A program made the translations under genes and the position numbers. A DNA stretch of 64,000 nucleotides from a virus, in IMG/VR virus record IMGVR_UViG_3300030382_003905, positions 4,399 to 68,398 of that record, one strand, 5' to 3'. The notes under the pieces were generated by a model. It did no database searches and was not told where the DNA came from. It was given only the letters and a program-made list of their open reading frames with translations. Positions 41,801-51,194 of the stretch are shown piece by piece. The number at the start of each line of letters is the position of its first letter. The first letter of the stretch is position 1.

Positions 41801-44512
41801 GAGCTTGGAAGAATTGTAGATAAACAAGAAAATAACGAAGTGTTAACCACTGCAGAGTTTAATAAGTTTAGAGATGCCGTAGAAAAGAAAAGAAAAAGTG
41901 CCTGGGGTGATGCCAGAGCCGATGCTCTGGATAGATTAAAGTTAGAAAACCAAAGCGCACCAGTTAAAGGAGTTGTAAGGAGTGTGAAGAGGAAGATGGC
42001 TGTGGCAGCTAAAGGTATGTTGAGATTTTTAGATCACAATATAGTTGCCACTGCGGAGGATTTATCAGGGTTAATGGATAGAGTATTAAGATCTACTGGT
42101 GACTTATTTGGAGGCCCTCTTATGGAGTTTGTGGCAGATAGTGTTCGCGCCTCTACGCGTGAGTTTAAAAAGCAAAGAAGATTACAGCAAGGAATATTTT
42201 ATGACAAATATGAAGAGATATATGGTAAAAAATGGCGCAAAGCTGTGAGACAAAATTCTGTCATAAACCCTTTAGACATTTATTACAGTAAAAAAGCTCA
42301 TGATATTTTAGTAGAACAAAAGGAAAAAATTAAAAAAAGTAACGCCAGTGAGCGAACTCAAAAGGATTTGATTCTTCACATAGATAAACAAATTCTAAGA
42401 AACCAACTGGAGTTAAGTCAAAACCAAATGTATTATATATATAATCAATTCAAAGACCCAGCACTTAGGTATTTGAATGGAGTGGATGGTGATGCGAGTA
42501 AAACTTTAGATAATACTTTTTCCCCAGACCGTGGTTTAAAAACTATGCTTTTATACGAGTTTGACTCCAAAGGTAATTTAATAGTAGATTCTAATGGAGA
42601 GTTTAAGGTATCCCAACAAGCGGTTCAAGGAGATGCGGCTAATGTCTTAAGTAAAATAGAAGAAGCTTTGGATGATAAAGTAAAAGAGTGGGCAGACTGG
42701 CAAGTAGATGTTTACTATCCCTCTGTATATTCGCGCTATAACGATGTATATAAAAATATATACAGAACAGCTATGCCTCAAAACCAGTATTATGCAGGAA
42801 GATTATTTAGAGAAGCTCCTGAACAGGCAGAGCCAATAACTGTGTTGCCTGTAGATAAAAATGGTGCGTACAACCCTATTGCGCCTCAATCTACCAAAGC
42901 AAGATTAGCCTCTGATAAAGGAATACATTTTGCAGACGGTGATAACGCAATGGTTAACTATATGCGTGATATGGAATATTTTGCAGCCTACGCAGAAACC
43001 ATTAGGGATATACATAAAGTGTTTAGTGATAAGGCTATGAAAGGGGCGATTGCAGAACTCCACGGAGAGAATATAAATGAATACATTAATAATGCTATAA
43101 AGAAAATAGCTAACAAAGGGAGTGAGTTGGGGGATGTCAACGTAAAAATGATCAACGCCTTTAATACAATGTTCTTGTTGTCGCGTCTGGGCGCTAACCT
43201 TACTTTGGTGGCTAAGCAGATGACCTCCTTCCTTACTTATGGTAATGATATAGGATATCTTAATTGGGCGAAATATGCCGCTATCTCTTTAACCAAACTT
43301 TTCAAAACACACAGGGAGATTATGGAAAACTCAATTGTGCTTCAAGATAGATACGGATACACGATAGATGTTAATGGTAAAAGAGTTTACGTTAAATCTA
43401 CACCTATTCAAAAAAACGTAGAGAACTATGCCGAGCAGCAGATGATTAACATGATACCACTGAAGGCACGGGAGGTGGGTATAGAGAATATTATAAAGTA
43501 TTTAATGCTTACTACAATGGTTGGGGATAGGGCTGCAATTTTAATAGGAGGTATACCTAACTATCTTTATTATAAAAGTAAATTTAAAAAGGCAGGTCTA
43601 AGTGAAGAAGAGGCTATCCAGAAAGCTATTGTGAGCTTTGAAAAAGACACCTTAAAAACTCAGCAGTCATACGACTTGCAGGATAAAGATTATTATCAAA
43701 CAGGATATCCTTTCATGAGGGCCTTTAATATGTTCTTAACCACGCCTAAACAATACTTTAGAAGAGAGGTTGTCGCAACCCGAAACCTATACCGAAAACT
43801 AAAAGCCTGGGATGTAAACGCTGGAAGAGGAACATTGACTGAAAACCTAAGAACTTTATTTACCTATCACTTTATAATGCCAATGCTGTTTCAGTATGTA
43901 AGTCAAGGATTCCCAGGGCTTTTAAGAGCCATGACAGACGAAGATAAAGAAGAGCTTAAATGGGCGGCTCTACTTGGAAACCTTAATGCTATCTTTATTT
44001 ATGGGCAAGCTTTGGAGAGCGTGGTAGACTACCTTATACTTGATAAAAGCTATGGATCAGTTCCTCAAAGTCTTCCTATTTTAGAGTCAATATCTAAATT
44101 AACTGAACTATGGAAGCGCGCTCAAAACGCTAAAACAGAGGAAACTCGTGAAAGAAATATGGATAAATTTTTCTTAGAATTAGTTCAAGCTTGGGGACTT
44201 CCTGCTTCTCAAATAAAAAAAATATGGAAGAACTACAGTGAGCTTGGAAGTGCTGATGGGCCTGGAGACGCGATGCTTTTAATTATGGGCTTTAGTGAGT
44301 ATATGAGAAAAAGAGCAGAGAAAAAAGGAGGAGTTAAACTAACCGAGAGAGAAAAAGAATTATATATACCAGGGTATAAGAAAAACAAGGATCGTCTCCA
44401 AAACACTCCCCAATACAAGTTAATGCAGAAAAGAAAAGACCAGGAAAGGGAAAGAAAAAAGAAACTAAGAGAAGATTATTTAAAAAGGACTTATGGCAGA
44501 AAACGTAGATAG
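35834..44512 (+). CDS. giant internal virion/polyvalent protein with zincin-like metallopeptidase domain
   Basis: 2892 aa; GTYDP..IMIN..VIAHEIGH..DEERFAE; helical C-terminal region. Confidence 0.75.
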   Translation: MEKLTKLYSVLKRDGFYTKSLDEFIKQFEDPTYQDKVFNLVTRERLFTKSKEEFLDAYSVKKKDATVFPSETGSSDSSETNEIPEATETFEVEGQEVSRDEFIAEEDRQQKIPGINLDPFHRPNQYSGSTRQVNVAYEPRESGNLETILVPTGASKFEEALSTINAYQIDVEEEEAEARLNYLFNDFGFTFEQGGGTILQGFDSITVTAPNGKSKAFNLDPVMGDIFSGETSVANEMRQWMRANQTQESREKNIILSNDEQYRIFYSMQGVQEAVNALQEDENNFKERQADFLTQRNEWMQKQEFYNTVDPNSYQALEFKDEYLAHKEKGKQIDALKDDLMLDIQHFKQYSDVLLTQAGKYVDYKSQKSGGWEFYPKQIWNAMMNTVGGIVSTVAGAAIDVAAEGLEIFGFGVFPGVSDFQEFLGFDNTMGQSQEDFQQDYLNVLENTRPEIYQNIIAKYPGIRDGKIEDFSQVREFTKKLMGTVSRIKNQEGQEETEALLGKDSSGITEEEEIAELARDQHIKRIKDIVKGRPASAKDKDGNLIGYEAKNWTGLRNIFTDYLGFSDVSEEADMAVRSRGGFAAFIWKGILGGMESLPALVAFGRKGVMKKPKKSLNALQKMAANTKAYLLSPHGMQRSLQMSGFIADGINKEMENNPAFAYVSEQQKKNILLPIAVTSSILEVAGFRNLETGTNFTGAALKMALGQTTRKTTAKEFTQIVSDVVTNPWKKGALRILGAATAEFETGLLQQLTEFEIKRLYDLVNNDEFNTPVMWSKEYGGKVLEAGLLEAIGGAALGSIAAMHEAATSDNLQSISNDMFELFNSIVDDKNFKTMYVADLKQQVITGERTQEEADVLLYQFNQLAGIKGQIPSDMNADNKKKAIALLLRKQELENQVEGKDESLTRKQRDEIKAIDNEMAKLSEESIEDIGDLEKGRKGIKVEVTEEDAIEELKQEGVENPSPKQIKEKQDAIYKRSTETLDAQESTEDSGQVGEGVSQQEPSQEGETEVETEDGAKTQEEVDLDREAQEDADLEEVLGDTNQTEEEVGDNLFRNTKGKTIDDTQNRKEKNTIYRRAKRGAKFIRKLLPGVSITLYDDNDVYNKAAGREKGFSEPGTYDPGSRKIMINVSVAAKLGRTAVIAHEIGHAVLVETLKKAGENSVMARKVARRLMEAVYKSAYLSKADKAKIEAFIDAGKYEENIRDEERFAEVVKIIATHFNNFSPANKSKIRRLLDKLIDALPNKVKAALNRLGFDVMTATDNEIIQFLQTIGSKIGAGVEAEAKDVKVLKKIVKEEKADTKAKTKPKTKPKKPKSEVKEKEKADTKPKRKPKKRKNERPYNQPKWQKLDLIEKGVLFFAIEDLEKRIALIKQRLAADLRSLEKGIWPMQDFGIYKNEAELREYARELIREHKAALAELKKGILPKSKAAKKMAFQPREWGEKKTTEGGWSRRSNKLYNAYLAKWEAKQLANEKVKNKQAKKSLARRRLELGEEYQMRGDYINNLNFDLQQLEKKAAEVNLLVKPTYNEVTGQLNGYRFTTLSGAHINPMEVEQGWNRRSNRIADGADGENLIKAGNNILEIVKIAIDNGFTNDTIKRYLKRKNYSTTEINEALKITTQGIFETLPKSFANLPGGIKSGLTLMMKISSKYIQLTDTNRKSKDYNEKLEKKAAKGKAESTWYLKLREVKDDTQIMNEVVEYARTLPEYKSAGYNTSLALLIERDVMLALNPTPNNYSAPQVRALTQILKGKAFAQLEIRQAQKFLRNFMRSVLPRDLYGKGEVISLIDKVNAIKTKEELPAVVKEVLDVVTRKANKSYMASIFNILNRKTRKIESGRYKGKIISENIRQRIKDINAMIADPESGFKAIKKRINELYKIREELEAKSDTMTDQEMQQLDDIAVALIVNNAFMSENDSPNKTQELIEALTILNELEVQGRTEFQTQLEEARLRYRKNFAMAFKEVTGLTINWKDLTEEEAYKEVTEREKGNNTELGRIVDKQENNEVLTTAEFNKFRDAVEKKRKSAWGDARADALDRLKLENQSAPVKGVVRSVKRKMAVAAKGMLRFLDHNIVATAEDLSGLMDRVLRSTGDLFGGPLMEFVADSVRASTREFKKQRRLQQGIFYDKYEEIYGKKWRKAVRQNSVINPLDIYYSKKAHDILVEQKEKIKKSNASERTQKDLILHIDKQILRNQLELSQNQMYYIYNQFKDPALRYLNGVDGDASKTLDNTFSPDRGLKTMLLYEFDSKGNLIVDSNGEFKVSQQAVQGDAANVLSKIEEALDDKVKEWADWQVDVYYPSVYSRYNDVYKNIYRTAMPQNQYYAGRLFREAPEQAEPITVLPVDKNGAYNPIAPQSTKARLASDKGIHFADGDNAMVNYMRDMEYFAAYAETIRDIHKVFSDKAMKGAIAELHGENINEYINNAIKKIANKGSELGDVNVKMINAFNTMFLLSRLGANLTLVAKQMTSFLTYGNDIGYLNWAKYAAISLTKLFKTHREIMENSIVLQDRYGYTIDVNGKRVYVKSTPIQKNVENYAEQQMINMIPLKAREVGIENIIKYLMLTTMVGDRAAILIGGIPNYLYYKSKFKKAGLSEEEAIQKAIVSFEKDTLKTQQSYDLQDKDYYQTGYPFMRAFNMFLTTPKQYFRREVVATRNLYRKLKAWDVNAGRGTLTENLRTLFTYHFIMPMLFQYVSQGFPGLLRAMTDEDKEELKWAALLGNLNAIFIYGQALESVVDYLILDKSYGSVPQSLPILESISKLTELWKRAQNAKTEETRERNMDKFFLELVQAWGLPASQIKKIWKNYSELGSADGPGDAMLLIMGFSEYMRKRAEKKGGVKLTEREKELYIPGYKKNKDRLQNTPQYKLMQKRKDQERERKKKLREDYLKRTYGRKRR
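38745..38900 (+). CDS. overprinted 51-aa basic protein in the +1 frame of the giant gene
   Basis: MPFISEAQRRWMHKNLPKIAARWEKAYPSKNLPKRARPKSRLKTGRRPRRK*; A-rich leader AAAACAAATAAAAGAAAAACAAG; local GC rise. Confidence 0.7.
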   Translation: MPFISEAQRRWMHKNLPKIAARWEKAYPSKNLPKRARPKSRLKTGRRPRRK

Positions 44513-44747
44513 CGAAAGAAAATTAATGGAGGATAGTTATTACTTAATAACAGGCCGTAAGTCTTTTGAGGAGGTATTAGAAGACGAGAAAGAGTTGGCT
44601 GTTATTTTTAATCCCTACCAGCCCATAAAAGTAATGGATGGGGACGCTTATGATTGTTTAATAGAATATTATATATCTACAGAAGAGTATGAAAAATGTG
44701 ACGAACTAATGCAAATGAAAGAATTAAACCAACTTATTAACCTATAA
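44493..44747 (+). CDS. small acidic protein with UVR-like motif
   Basis: LIEYYISTEEYEKCDEL; last gene of the + strand block. Confidence 0.6.
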   Translation: MAENVDSERKLMEDSYYLITGRKSFEEVLEDEKELAVIFNPYQPIKVMDGDAYDCLIEYYISTEEYEKCDELMQMKELNQLINL

Positions 44748-45099
44748 TATATCCTACTCCACTTGCTACAACATCTGTATCAAAATTCTCTTTATAGTTT
44801 ATTCTTTCCACTTCTAATTTATAAAATTGAGTAGCCATCATTCCCGCCACATGAGAGTCAGTGGGAAAAAAATATTTCCACCCTTGGGAACACCCTCTGT
44901 TTATATAATAGAAAAATCCCATCCCTAATTTGCGTGTATTTTTTTTAAAAAACACTACAGCTGTTTGGTCAGATGTAGGAATTATTTCGTGTACACTAAA
45001 AGTTTCTCCCTTGTAATTACCTTCTCGGGTTTTATTGGAGAAATTATCTGCCACATCTCTTGCGGCTTTCCCTAAAGCTTTTGCTATTTGTTTATTCAT
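44737..45099 (-). CDS. hypothetical protein
   Basis: 120-aa ORF, last gene of the - strand block. Confidence 0.7.
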   Translation of the reverse strand: MNKQIAKALGKAARDVADNFSNKTREGNYKGETFSVHEIIPTSDQTAVVFFKKNTRKLGMGFFYYINRGCSQGWKYFFPTDSHVAGMMATQFYKLEVERINYKENFDTDVVASGVGYIIG

Positions 45100-45203
45100 T
45101 TAAGTTTTTGTTGAAGTTTACGTATTCTTAACCGAACCTCTTTTGTTTGAGGTTTAGATAATTTGAGTCTTAATATTTCTTGCACTATTTCATGTGATTT
45201 CAT
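45096..45203 (-). CDS. 35-aa basic peptide (absent from ORF track)
   Basis: MKSHEIVQEILRLKLSKPQTKEVRLRIRKLQQKLK*; ATGA overlaps at both ends. Confidence 0.55.
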   Translation of the reverse strand: MKSHEIVQEILRLKLSKPQTKEVRLRIRKLQQKLK

Positions 45204-45958
45204 AAGTCCATCATACAATTTATAGCAGTGTGCCCTCCTAAAACAACACCACACGATATACTTTGTTTTTTAAAGTTTTTAGCGTAGGCCGCTGCATATG
45301 ATTTAGCATCTATACCGCACCCTACCTGCATAGCAAACACTCTAAACTTCTTTCCTACAAACCAGTGAACATATGCCTCGGTATGAATATGGCCACATAC
45401 GCTTGACATCATATTGTTTTTGGCTTTAGTTTTTGCTTGCCCTCCTTCTCCGTGTTCATACAGAACGTTATCATACACTATGTTTTCCACCCATCTCCAT
45501 TTAGGAGTGCCTAAGACGTCATTGTAGGATCTTATCCACGCTGAAGGTACTCCCCCTGTCATCGCCTTTCTTGAGGCCATTCTGTCGTGATTTCCAATCA
45601 GCACGTCAGCTACAGGAAAAGCGGAATACCAGTCTTTTACAAATTCTTTAGCCATCTTTAACTCATAGCCAGGGGAAAGTCCGTCAGGATCTGGCTCATG
45701 ATAGCTGAAGGCATGGTTGTCTAAAATATCTCCTATAAATATTACTTGATTGCAGTTATAGCTGGCATAAGTTTCTTGACAATGGCTTAAATATCCTTCT
45801 AATACAAAAGGGGCGTGGAGGTCTCCTATAACTAAAACTCTACGCTCTTTTTTATTTAAGTTTTCAAAAGCCTTTCTTTTATTTCCTGACAGCCGAGGCC
45901 TGATTTCGTCTACATTATTTTTGTCTCCTGTAAGAACGTCGGGGTCATTATATTTCAT
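45200..45958 (-). CDS. calcineurin-like metallophosphoesterase
   Basis: GDLH, GDILD, GNHD, HG and GHIH motifs. Confidence 0.9.
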   Translation of the reverse strand: MKYNDPDVLTGDKNNVDEIRPRLSGNKRKAFENLNKKERRVLVIGDLHAPFVLEGYLSHCQETYASYNCNQVIFIGDILDNHAFSYHEPDPDGLSPGYELKMAKEFVKDWYSAFPVADVLIGNHDRMASRKAMTGGVPSAWIRSYNDVLGTPKWRWVENIVYDNVLYEHGEGGQAKTKAKNNMMSSVCGHIHTEAYVHWFVGKKFRVFAMQVGCGIDAKSYAAAYAKNFKKQSISCGVVLGGHTAINCMMDL

Positions 45959-46139
45959 CAGTAAGTGATTGAATTAAGTCAGCAAGAAGTTGGATTAAGG
46001 CTTGCGCCTTCTTCTTTGCGTGTTGGTTTTCTCTCTCCATCAAATCCTCATAAATATCATCGCCAAGTCGGTGGATGCTTTCTGACACATAAGTTATGTG
46101 CCGTATGGCATTTACATCCTCCTTGGCTACTCGTGGCAT
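45948..46139 (-). CDS. hypothetical protein
   Basis: 63-aa ORF packed in the operon. Confidence 0.6.
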   Translation of the reverse strand: MPRVAKEDVNAIRHITYVSESIHRLGDDIYEDLMERENQHAKKKAQALIQLLADLIQSLTDEI

Positions 46140-46570
46140 TTATAGTTTAGTTTTTTTAATTTATTGAGGTCATGTTGTAATTGCTCTATGGCTAAAGATA
46201 GCAGAATATTTGACTTATGCAAGTTATTTAAAGATTTTTTTATTAACACAATATCAACGACATCTACACTGGTGTCAAGCAGATCGTTTTTTGTTTTGAA
46301 CAGGTTTAAACATACCTTATATTTCTCTTTTAAAGCAGGTTTAAATTTTACCATATAAGGAAACTCTCTGACTCCGTGAATAATAGTTGCATGGTTTTTT
46401 AAAAAATGTTTTCCGATTTCTGCAAAACTCATCTGGAGTTCTTTTCTCATTATGGTATAACAAGTAGCTCTGGCTTCAATAGTAGCTGCTTGTCTGCTTT
46501 TAGAGTTTACATCAACACTAAACACGTTGTTGGCTATTCCTTTGAGCCTGTTTATTTTTACAAATTTCAT
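46127..46570 (-). CDS. DnaA domain IV-like HTH DNA-binding protein
   Basis: KSRQ..IEAR..SFAEIGKHFLKNHATIIHG resembles the DnaA C-terminal signature. Confidence 0.8.
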   Translation of the reverse strand: MKFVKINRLKGIANNVFSVDVNSKSRQAATIEARATCYTIMRKELQMSFAEIGKHFLKNHATIIHGVREFPYMVKFKPALKEKYKVCLNLFKTKNDLLDTSVDVVDIVLIKKSLNNLHKSNILLSLAIEQLQHDLNKLKKLNYKCHE

Positions 46571-46886
46571 TTGATTTTATGTATAAATTTAAATTTCTTA
46601 GGTCTAAGTATTCATCCATAGAAATAGGGGTTATGTCGGTGAGTGTCATATTCTCTAATTCTATTTTTACCACTTCTAATGCAAAGGTTATCGGCTTGCC
46701 CGCATACACCACTAAACCTCCCAATATATGGGAAACTAAGCTGTTGTTTTCTACCTCAATACTGTTCTCTTCAAGAAATCGAGCTATCTTAAGACTAACG
46801 GGTAGCTCAAATTCTTCCAGTGCCTCCAGGAAGTAATCATCCACCTCATAAATCTTCTCCTCTATATATTTCTGTTTCAATTCCAT
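46518..46886 (-). CDS. acidic hypothetical protein
   Basis: 122-aa ORF overlapping both neighbours. Confidence 0.6.
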   Translation of the reverse strand: MELKQKYIEEKIYEVDDYFLEALEEFELPVSLKIARFLEENSIEVENNSLVSHILGGLVVYAGKPITFALEVVKIELENMTLTDITPISMDEYLDLRNLNLYIKSNEICKNKQAQRNSQQRV

Positions 46887-47094
46887 GGTCGTGTAATTCT
46901 TTTAATCTATATTGTTGCAAAGTAGACACCCTTCCGTTAGGTTTTTTGATTTCTGAAAACACAACGCTGGAGTCTCTCGGAATAGCAATAAGATCAGGAA
47001 TACCATTTTTATTTGTTTTGATAAGCTTAATAACATAGTATCCTTCTTCTTCAAATTTTTTTATTCTTTTCGCCTGTATCCTTTGCTCCGTCAT
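46846..47094 (-). CDS. VRR-NUC/Holliday junction resolvase-like nuclease
   Basis: EQRIQ..GIPDL..FSEIKKPNGRVSTLQ. Confidence 0.85.
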   Translation of the reverse strand: MTEQRIQAKRIKKFEEEGYYVIKLIKTNKNGIPDLIAIPRDSSVVFSEIKKPNGRVSTLQQYRLKELHDHGIETEIYRGEDL

Positions 47095-47095
47095 A

Positions 47096-48343
47096 TTACA
47101 AAGTTAATAAATCTCTCTTGAAATGAGTTAAAGTATAATCCTTTTTCTTTACTACAGCCTTATATATTTGTCTTTCAATCCCTTCATTGCTAAAAACCCA
47201 GTAAATTTTATTAAACCTTCTGGACTTGGTAGTCATACGATCTCGGGACTGCCAATAGCTTGTGGCTGAAAAATCAATATTATAATAAACTATACATTCA
47301 GCATTTCTTAAACTAATCCCCTCTCTTCCGCTTACAATTTGTAAAGCAATAGATTTGTTGGTGGTATCAAACTCCTCTAAGTCGGTTGTTATTCTGTCTT
47401 TATACACTTCTTTAATAGCACTCAGCTCGTTAACAAACTTGTAAAATATAGCGATTTTTCTTTCTTTAAATCTATCAGCTATAAAATAAGCTTTAGTGTG
47501 GTCGACCACCATTCCATTACCGCTCTCAAATTTTATAGTACCAGAGCTTAATTGGTGTATCTTCATCATCAGCTTTACCGAAGTGTCAGCGAGTATTACC
47601 TCTTCTTTGCCTTGAACCACTAAGTCTTGTTTTAATTTTTTAATAAGCTTAAGGGTTTTAGGATCTAAAGGAACCATTAAAACTTCCTCATCTATAGTAG
47701 ATTCAAATCCTGCTAATTTTTGCGTGTAAGATATTAGATAGGGCTTCATGTGGTGCAAAATCAACTCCAAACCATTAGAGTAGTCATTGATCATCATTCC
47801 TCCAATTTTTCTCTGTCTCACCTTCACATAGCGTTTGCTAAATGAATAGAAGTTTTTATGAGAGTTGAAAGGGTTTTTAGGTATAGCGTATACTTGATGA
47901 TACATTTGACTATAAGATTCTGGAGTAGGTGTGCCTGACAACAGGACAACATAAGGTTTAGATTTGGAAACTATTTCTTTAATCTGCTTAGCTCTTTTGC
48001 TTGGTTTAGGGAAAGCGCCCATTCCATGAGCTTCATCGCAAATCAATCCATCCCATCCTTTAGTGGGTACTTTGTGGAGAGATTCGTAGTTTGTAATCAT
48101 AATATCATAACCGCATCCAGAGTCATCATAATCATTCTCAATGCTTGTTATAGCTTTCTTCTTGGTAACGAATAAAACTTTTTTCCTCTTGGCGTCTTTG
48201 GCCCACATATAGGTAAAAAGATTTAAAGAGGTTATAGTTTTTCCTGTCCTTACTTCCATAGCTAAATAGAGAAAACGAAAAGGGATAAGAATTTTTATCC
48301 CTCTTTTTACAATCTCCTCTTGGTATGGTCTTAGCTTTAACAT
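47096..48343 (-). CDS. SF2 (SNF2-like) helicase
   Basis: LRPYQ, RTGKT, DEAH, LSGTP, GREGISL, QSRDR. Confidence 0.9.
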   Translation of the reverse strand: MLKLRPYQEEIVKRGIKILIPFRFLYLAMEVRTGKTITSLNLFTYMWAKDAKRKKVLFVTKKKAITSIENDYDDSGCGYDIMITNYESLHKVPTKGWDGLICDEAHGMGAFPKPSKRAKQIKEIVSKSKPYVVLLSGTPTPESYSQMYHQVYAIPKNPFNSHKNFYSFSKRYVKVRQRKIGGMMINDYSNGLELILHHMKPYLISYTQKLAGFESTIDEEVLMVPLDPKTLKLIKKLKQDLVVQGKEEVILADTSVKLMMKIHQLSSGTIKFESGNGMVVDHTKAYFIADRFKERKIAIFYKFVNELSAIKEVYKDRITTDLEEFDTTNKSIALQIVSGREGISLRNAECIVYYNIDFSATSYWQSRDRMTTKSRRFNKIYWVFSNEGIERQIYKAVVKKKDYTLTHFKRDLLTL

Positions 48344-48359
48344 TAAAACTCAATCTTTT

Positions 48360-48581
48360 TTATTTAATTATTATTACTTCTCCTTGTGTTTCAATCCAAA
48401 CATGCGCACCACAACTTAAGGGTTTTTGAGGGCTATACACCACTTTGCTTGGACCTTTTATCTCTACCTCATGTGCGTATGTATTACTCTTATATGTTTT
48501 GCATGTTAGAACAGGATTATCTTGATTGTTTTTCCTGTTGGCTTTTATTACATGCTGGTTTACGTGGATTACTGTTTTCAC
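48360..48581 (-). CDS. conserved phage hypothetical protein
   Basis: IHVNQHVI..YAHEV..PLSCGAHVWIET. Confidence 0.7.
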   Translation of the reverse strand: MKTVIHVNQHVIKANRKNNQDNPVLTCKTYKSNTYAHEVEIKGPSKVVYSPQKPLSCGAHVWIETQGEVIIIK

Positions 48582-48583
48582 TA

Positions 48584-50995
48584 TTATAATTTTAACTTAC
48601 CCGTATACTCTTTAGAGTGTTTGTTTACAAACTTAATCCACTTACCTATCATATCTCTTCCTTCTTCAGGGGCGGTGTTGTATTGATATATACCATAAGA
48701 AACCAGCCATTTATAAAACCTAATACGACTAATAGTCATTTTAGATTTTGGGGCTCTGTCAGGATTCTCTTCTATAAAATCGAGATACAGATCATTCTTG
48801 TATATCTTTTCATTAAACTTCAACTTATCTTGATCAGGAACTCCTCCAACTAATCCACACCATTCAATAAAGTCATGACCTGTTTTGGCTGACAGCTTTC
48901 TAATTCTCAAATTAACAAACTCGCTTTTTAATAATCCACTACTAAAATACATTTGTAAATTTTTAATCATATAGTTATCAAACTGACACCACTCATCATC
49001 ATTCCATTCTCCAAACATCAGCCGACCAAACTCTACTAAAGGGGTAAAGTCTTTGGTATAATATTGAGAAAGTTCTAACTCCCATTTTCTTCTTTCAAAA
49101 CTTGTTCCTTCCCCACTTATAGCATAATTTGTTGTAATGGCTATCTTAGGGGATTTATTGAAGGGTATTTTAATTGCATCTTTATTCTTTTTCTCTAAAG
49201 TTAATCCTTCGGTAATTACGCTAAACAATCTCTCAAATTCAAAATATTTTTTTACATCATCAAAACACAGTATCTGGGTATCAGCAGACACGGTTTGATA
49301 GGCAAAAGACCTTTCAAAATTAAATGACTTCCCATCAATAAATACTAATTTTTTCATTTGGCTAAGTGCATTCATAAATAACCCTTTCCCAGTTCCTCCT
49401 TCTGGGTTGTCTGTAATTACTTCATCGTTGAGAATAACAGCAGGGCAATAGGCTAAGTTTTTCCATCCATGCAATAAATATCCAATAGTGGTTTCCATAG
49501 ATTTAATTCTTGATTTATCTGCACCACAAATGTTTGATATAAAAGATTGATATTCACAATTCCCTACATCACATAATGTAAAAGCCCTATCTATTACGTG
49601 ATCCTTCCACACGTACCCTCCTAAATCTATGTAGTCTATGGTTTCAATTTTATTGTGAGTAATTTGTACAGCACAATTCTTGTAATACAAATAAGAAGTG
49701 TCTTTTTTATCTTCGATAAAATAAACCTGGATAGAAGATAAAAGAGTAAGAAACTCTTCTCTAAAATAACGAGTCCTTTCAGCGAAATAATTATATATAG
49801 CGTAGTCTTCTATTTCTAACAAATAACTCAGAATAAAATCTTTAATCTCTTTTTCAGATGTATGATCTATAAGATTATTTGTAACCTTTACAAACACATA
49901 GTTCTTGCTTCCTTGTGGATTAAATTTATAAAATCCATTATCTTCTAAAAAGTTTTTAAAAAGTATATGTATAATTTTTACTACACCCTTCTCGTTTTTA
50001 CTCCAGAAAACATTATTAGAGTTCTCCTCTTCCAGCTTATTAATTACATTGTCTATTACGCCAACCTCAATATTGTCATCTACTAATTGAGATCTAATTT
50101 CTTTTTTTGTTGCCCCGCTTCGTAGTTTAGTTTTTATTTGGTTAAGCTTCTCTTCATCTTCATAAAATTTGGTAGCAAAGTTTTGTTTTTGAGAATAGGC
50201 AGATTGGATAGTTCTTTTAACCTCTGTTATAGGAAAATCTTTAGTTGCAAATTGGCTCATCACGTATTCAGCCAGGGTTTTATTAATTCCAAAATCATTA
50301 AAGGCTGATGCTAAAATATACACATTGTTGTTTCTCTCCCCTTCAATTAGTCCGTATTTTTTCTCCCACCATTTAACCAGGATTTCTACAATTTTATTTT
50401 CATCTGTTACTGGGATAGTGGTATTGACATCCAGCCTACCTACCTCGGTGTATTCTTGCTCTATAATCTCATCCCACAGACTTGAATTATAGTTTATATA
50501 AATTAAAGGATCGTAGGATTCGTAGCATACTCGAGATAAATTTTTAACTGATACATCAAAAAATTCACTTCCAAAATGATGCTGTAAAGAGTTAAAGTAT
50601 TGTTTATGTGTGTCTTGTTGATCAGGTATCTTTACAAGAACTTTTAACCCTAAACCACTGGGAGATATAAAACAAGCGAAGGTATATCTATCGTTAGTAA
50701 TTACTTCTTTCTCTTCCAACATTAATTTTTCTGATGGAAAATTATCAAAATCTAAACAGATTAATCCTGAGTGTTTGATTAAACTACTATCGTTTCTTTT
50801 TGTAAATTGCCCACTAAAACATATTGCTGGTAATGATTGCTTTATTTCATTTCGTTTGGTCTTGTCTGACTCTTGCCGTATACGTTTTACTAAGTCTTTC
50901 GATGCACCTTCTTTTATTCTTTTTAATACTACTTCAACTTCTCTATAGAAGGGTTGAGAGGTATTTTTAATACTTTTAAATATAGTTATTTCCAT
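48584..50995 (-). CDS. primase-helicase (BT4734/VirE-N-like primase, PriCT, SF3-type helicase)
   Basis: KQSLPAICFSG, SGLICLDFD, FISPSGxGLK, SYDP, GERNN, GGTGKG, CFDD. Confidence 0.88.
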   Translation of the reverse strand: MEITIFKSIKNTSQPFYREVEVVLKRIKEGASKDLVKRIRQESDKTKRNEIKQSLPAICFSGQFTKRNDSSLIKHSGLICLDFDNFPSEKLMLEEKEVITNDRYTFACFISPSGLGLKVLVKIPDQQDTHKQYFNSLQHHFGSEFFDVSVKNLSRVCYESYDPLIYINYNSSLWDEIIEQEYTEVGRLDVNTTIPVTDENKIVEILVKWWEKKYGLIEGERNNNVYILASAFNDFGINKTLAEYVMSQFATKDFPITEVKRTIQSAYSQKQNFATKFYEDEEKLNQIKTKLRSGATKKEIRSQLVDDNIEVGVIDNVINKLEEENSNNVFWSKNEKGVVKIIHILFKNFLEDNGFYKFNPQGSKNYVFVKVTNNLIDHTSEKEIKDFILSYLLEIEDYAIYNYFAERTRYFREEFLTLLSSIQVYFIEDKKDTSYLYYKNCAVQITHNKIETIDYIDLGGYVWKDHVIDRAFTLCDVGNCEYQSFISNICGADKSRIKSMETTIGYLLHGWKNLAYCPAVILNDEVITDNPEGGTGKGLFMNALSQMKKLVFIDGKSFNFERSFAYQTVSADTQILCFDDVKKYFEFERLFSVITEGLTLEKKNKDAIKIPFNKSPKIAITTNYAISGEGTSFERRKWELELSQYYTKDFTPLVEFGRLMFGEWNDDEWCQFDNYMIKNLQMYFSSGLLKSEFVNLRIRKLSAKTGHDFIEWCGLVGGVPDQDKLKFNEKIYKNDLYLDFIEENPDRAPKSKMTISRIRFYKWLVSYGIYQYNTAPEEGRDMIGKWIKFVNKHSKEYTGKLKL

Positions 50996-51000
50996 TTGAT

Positions 51001-51194
51001 TTGAGTTTATGTTGAGTTTATGTTAAGTTTATGTTGACTTATTTTTTTCTAACTATTTGATTATTAGTTATTTATATATTTATTTTTATTTTTATGTTGA
51101 AAATTAGTTAATATAAATAATAAAAAAAAATATTATAAGAGTTAAATAATTATAAAGTGTAAAAAAGAGAACTAAAAATTAACATTACAACATA
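51001..51194. other. iteron/IHF-site element, copy A (putative replication origin)
   Basis: TATGTTRA at 51008/51019/51030/51093; IHF consensus 51049-51062; AT-rich core; inverted AACAT copies at 51179-51194. Confidence 0.6.

Noticed and set aside
1632-44418. Many short - strand ORFs inside the structural genes
   Set aside because: Antisense shadows of long + strand genes, with no initiation context or recognisable motifs
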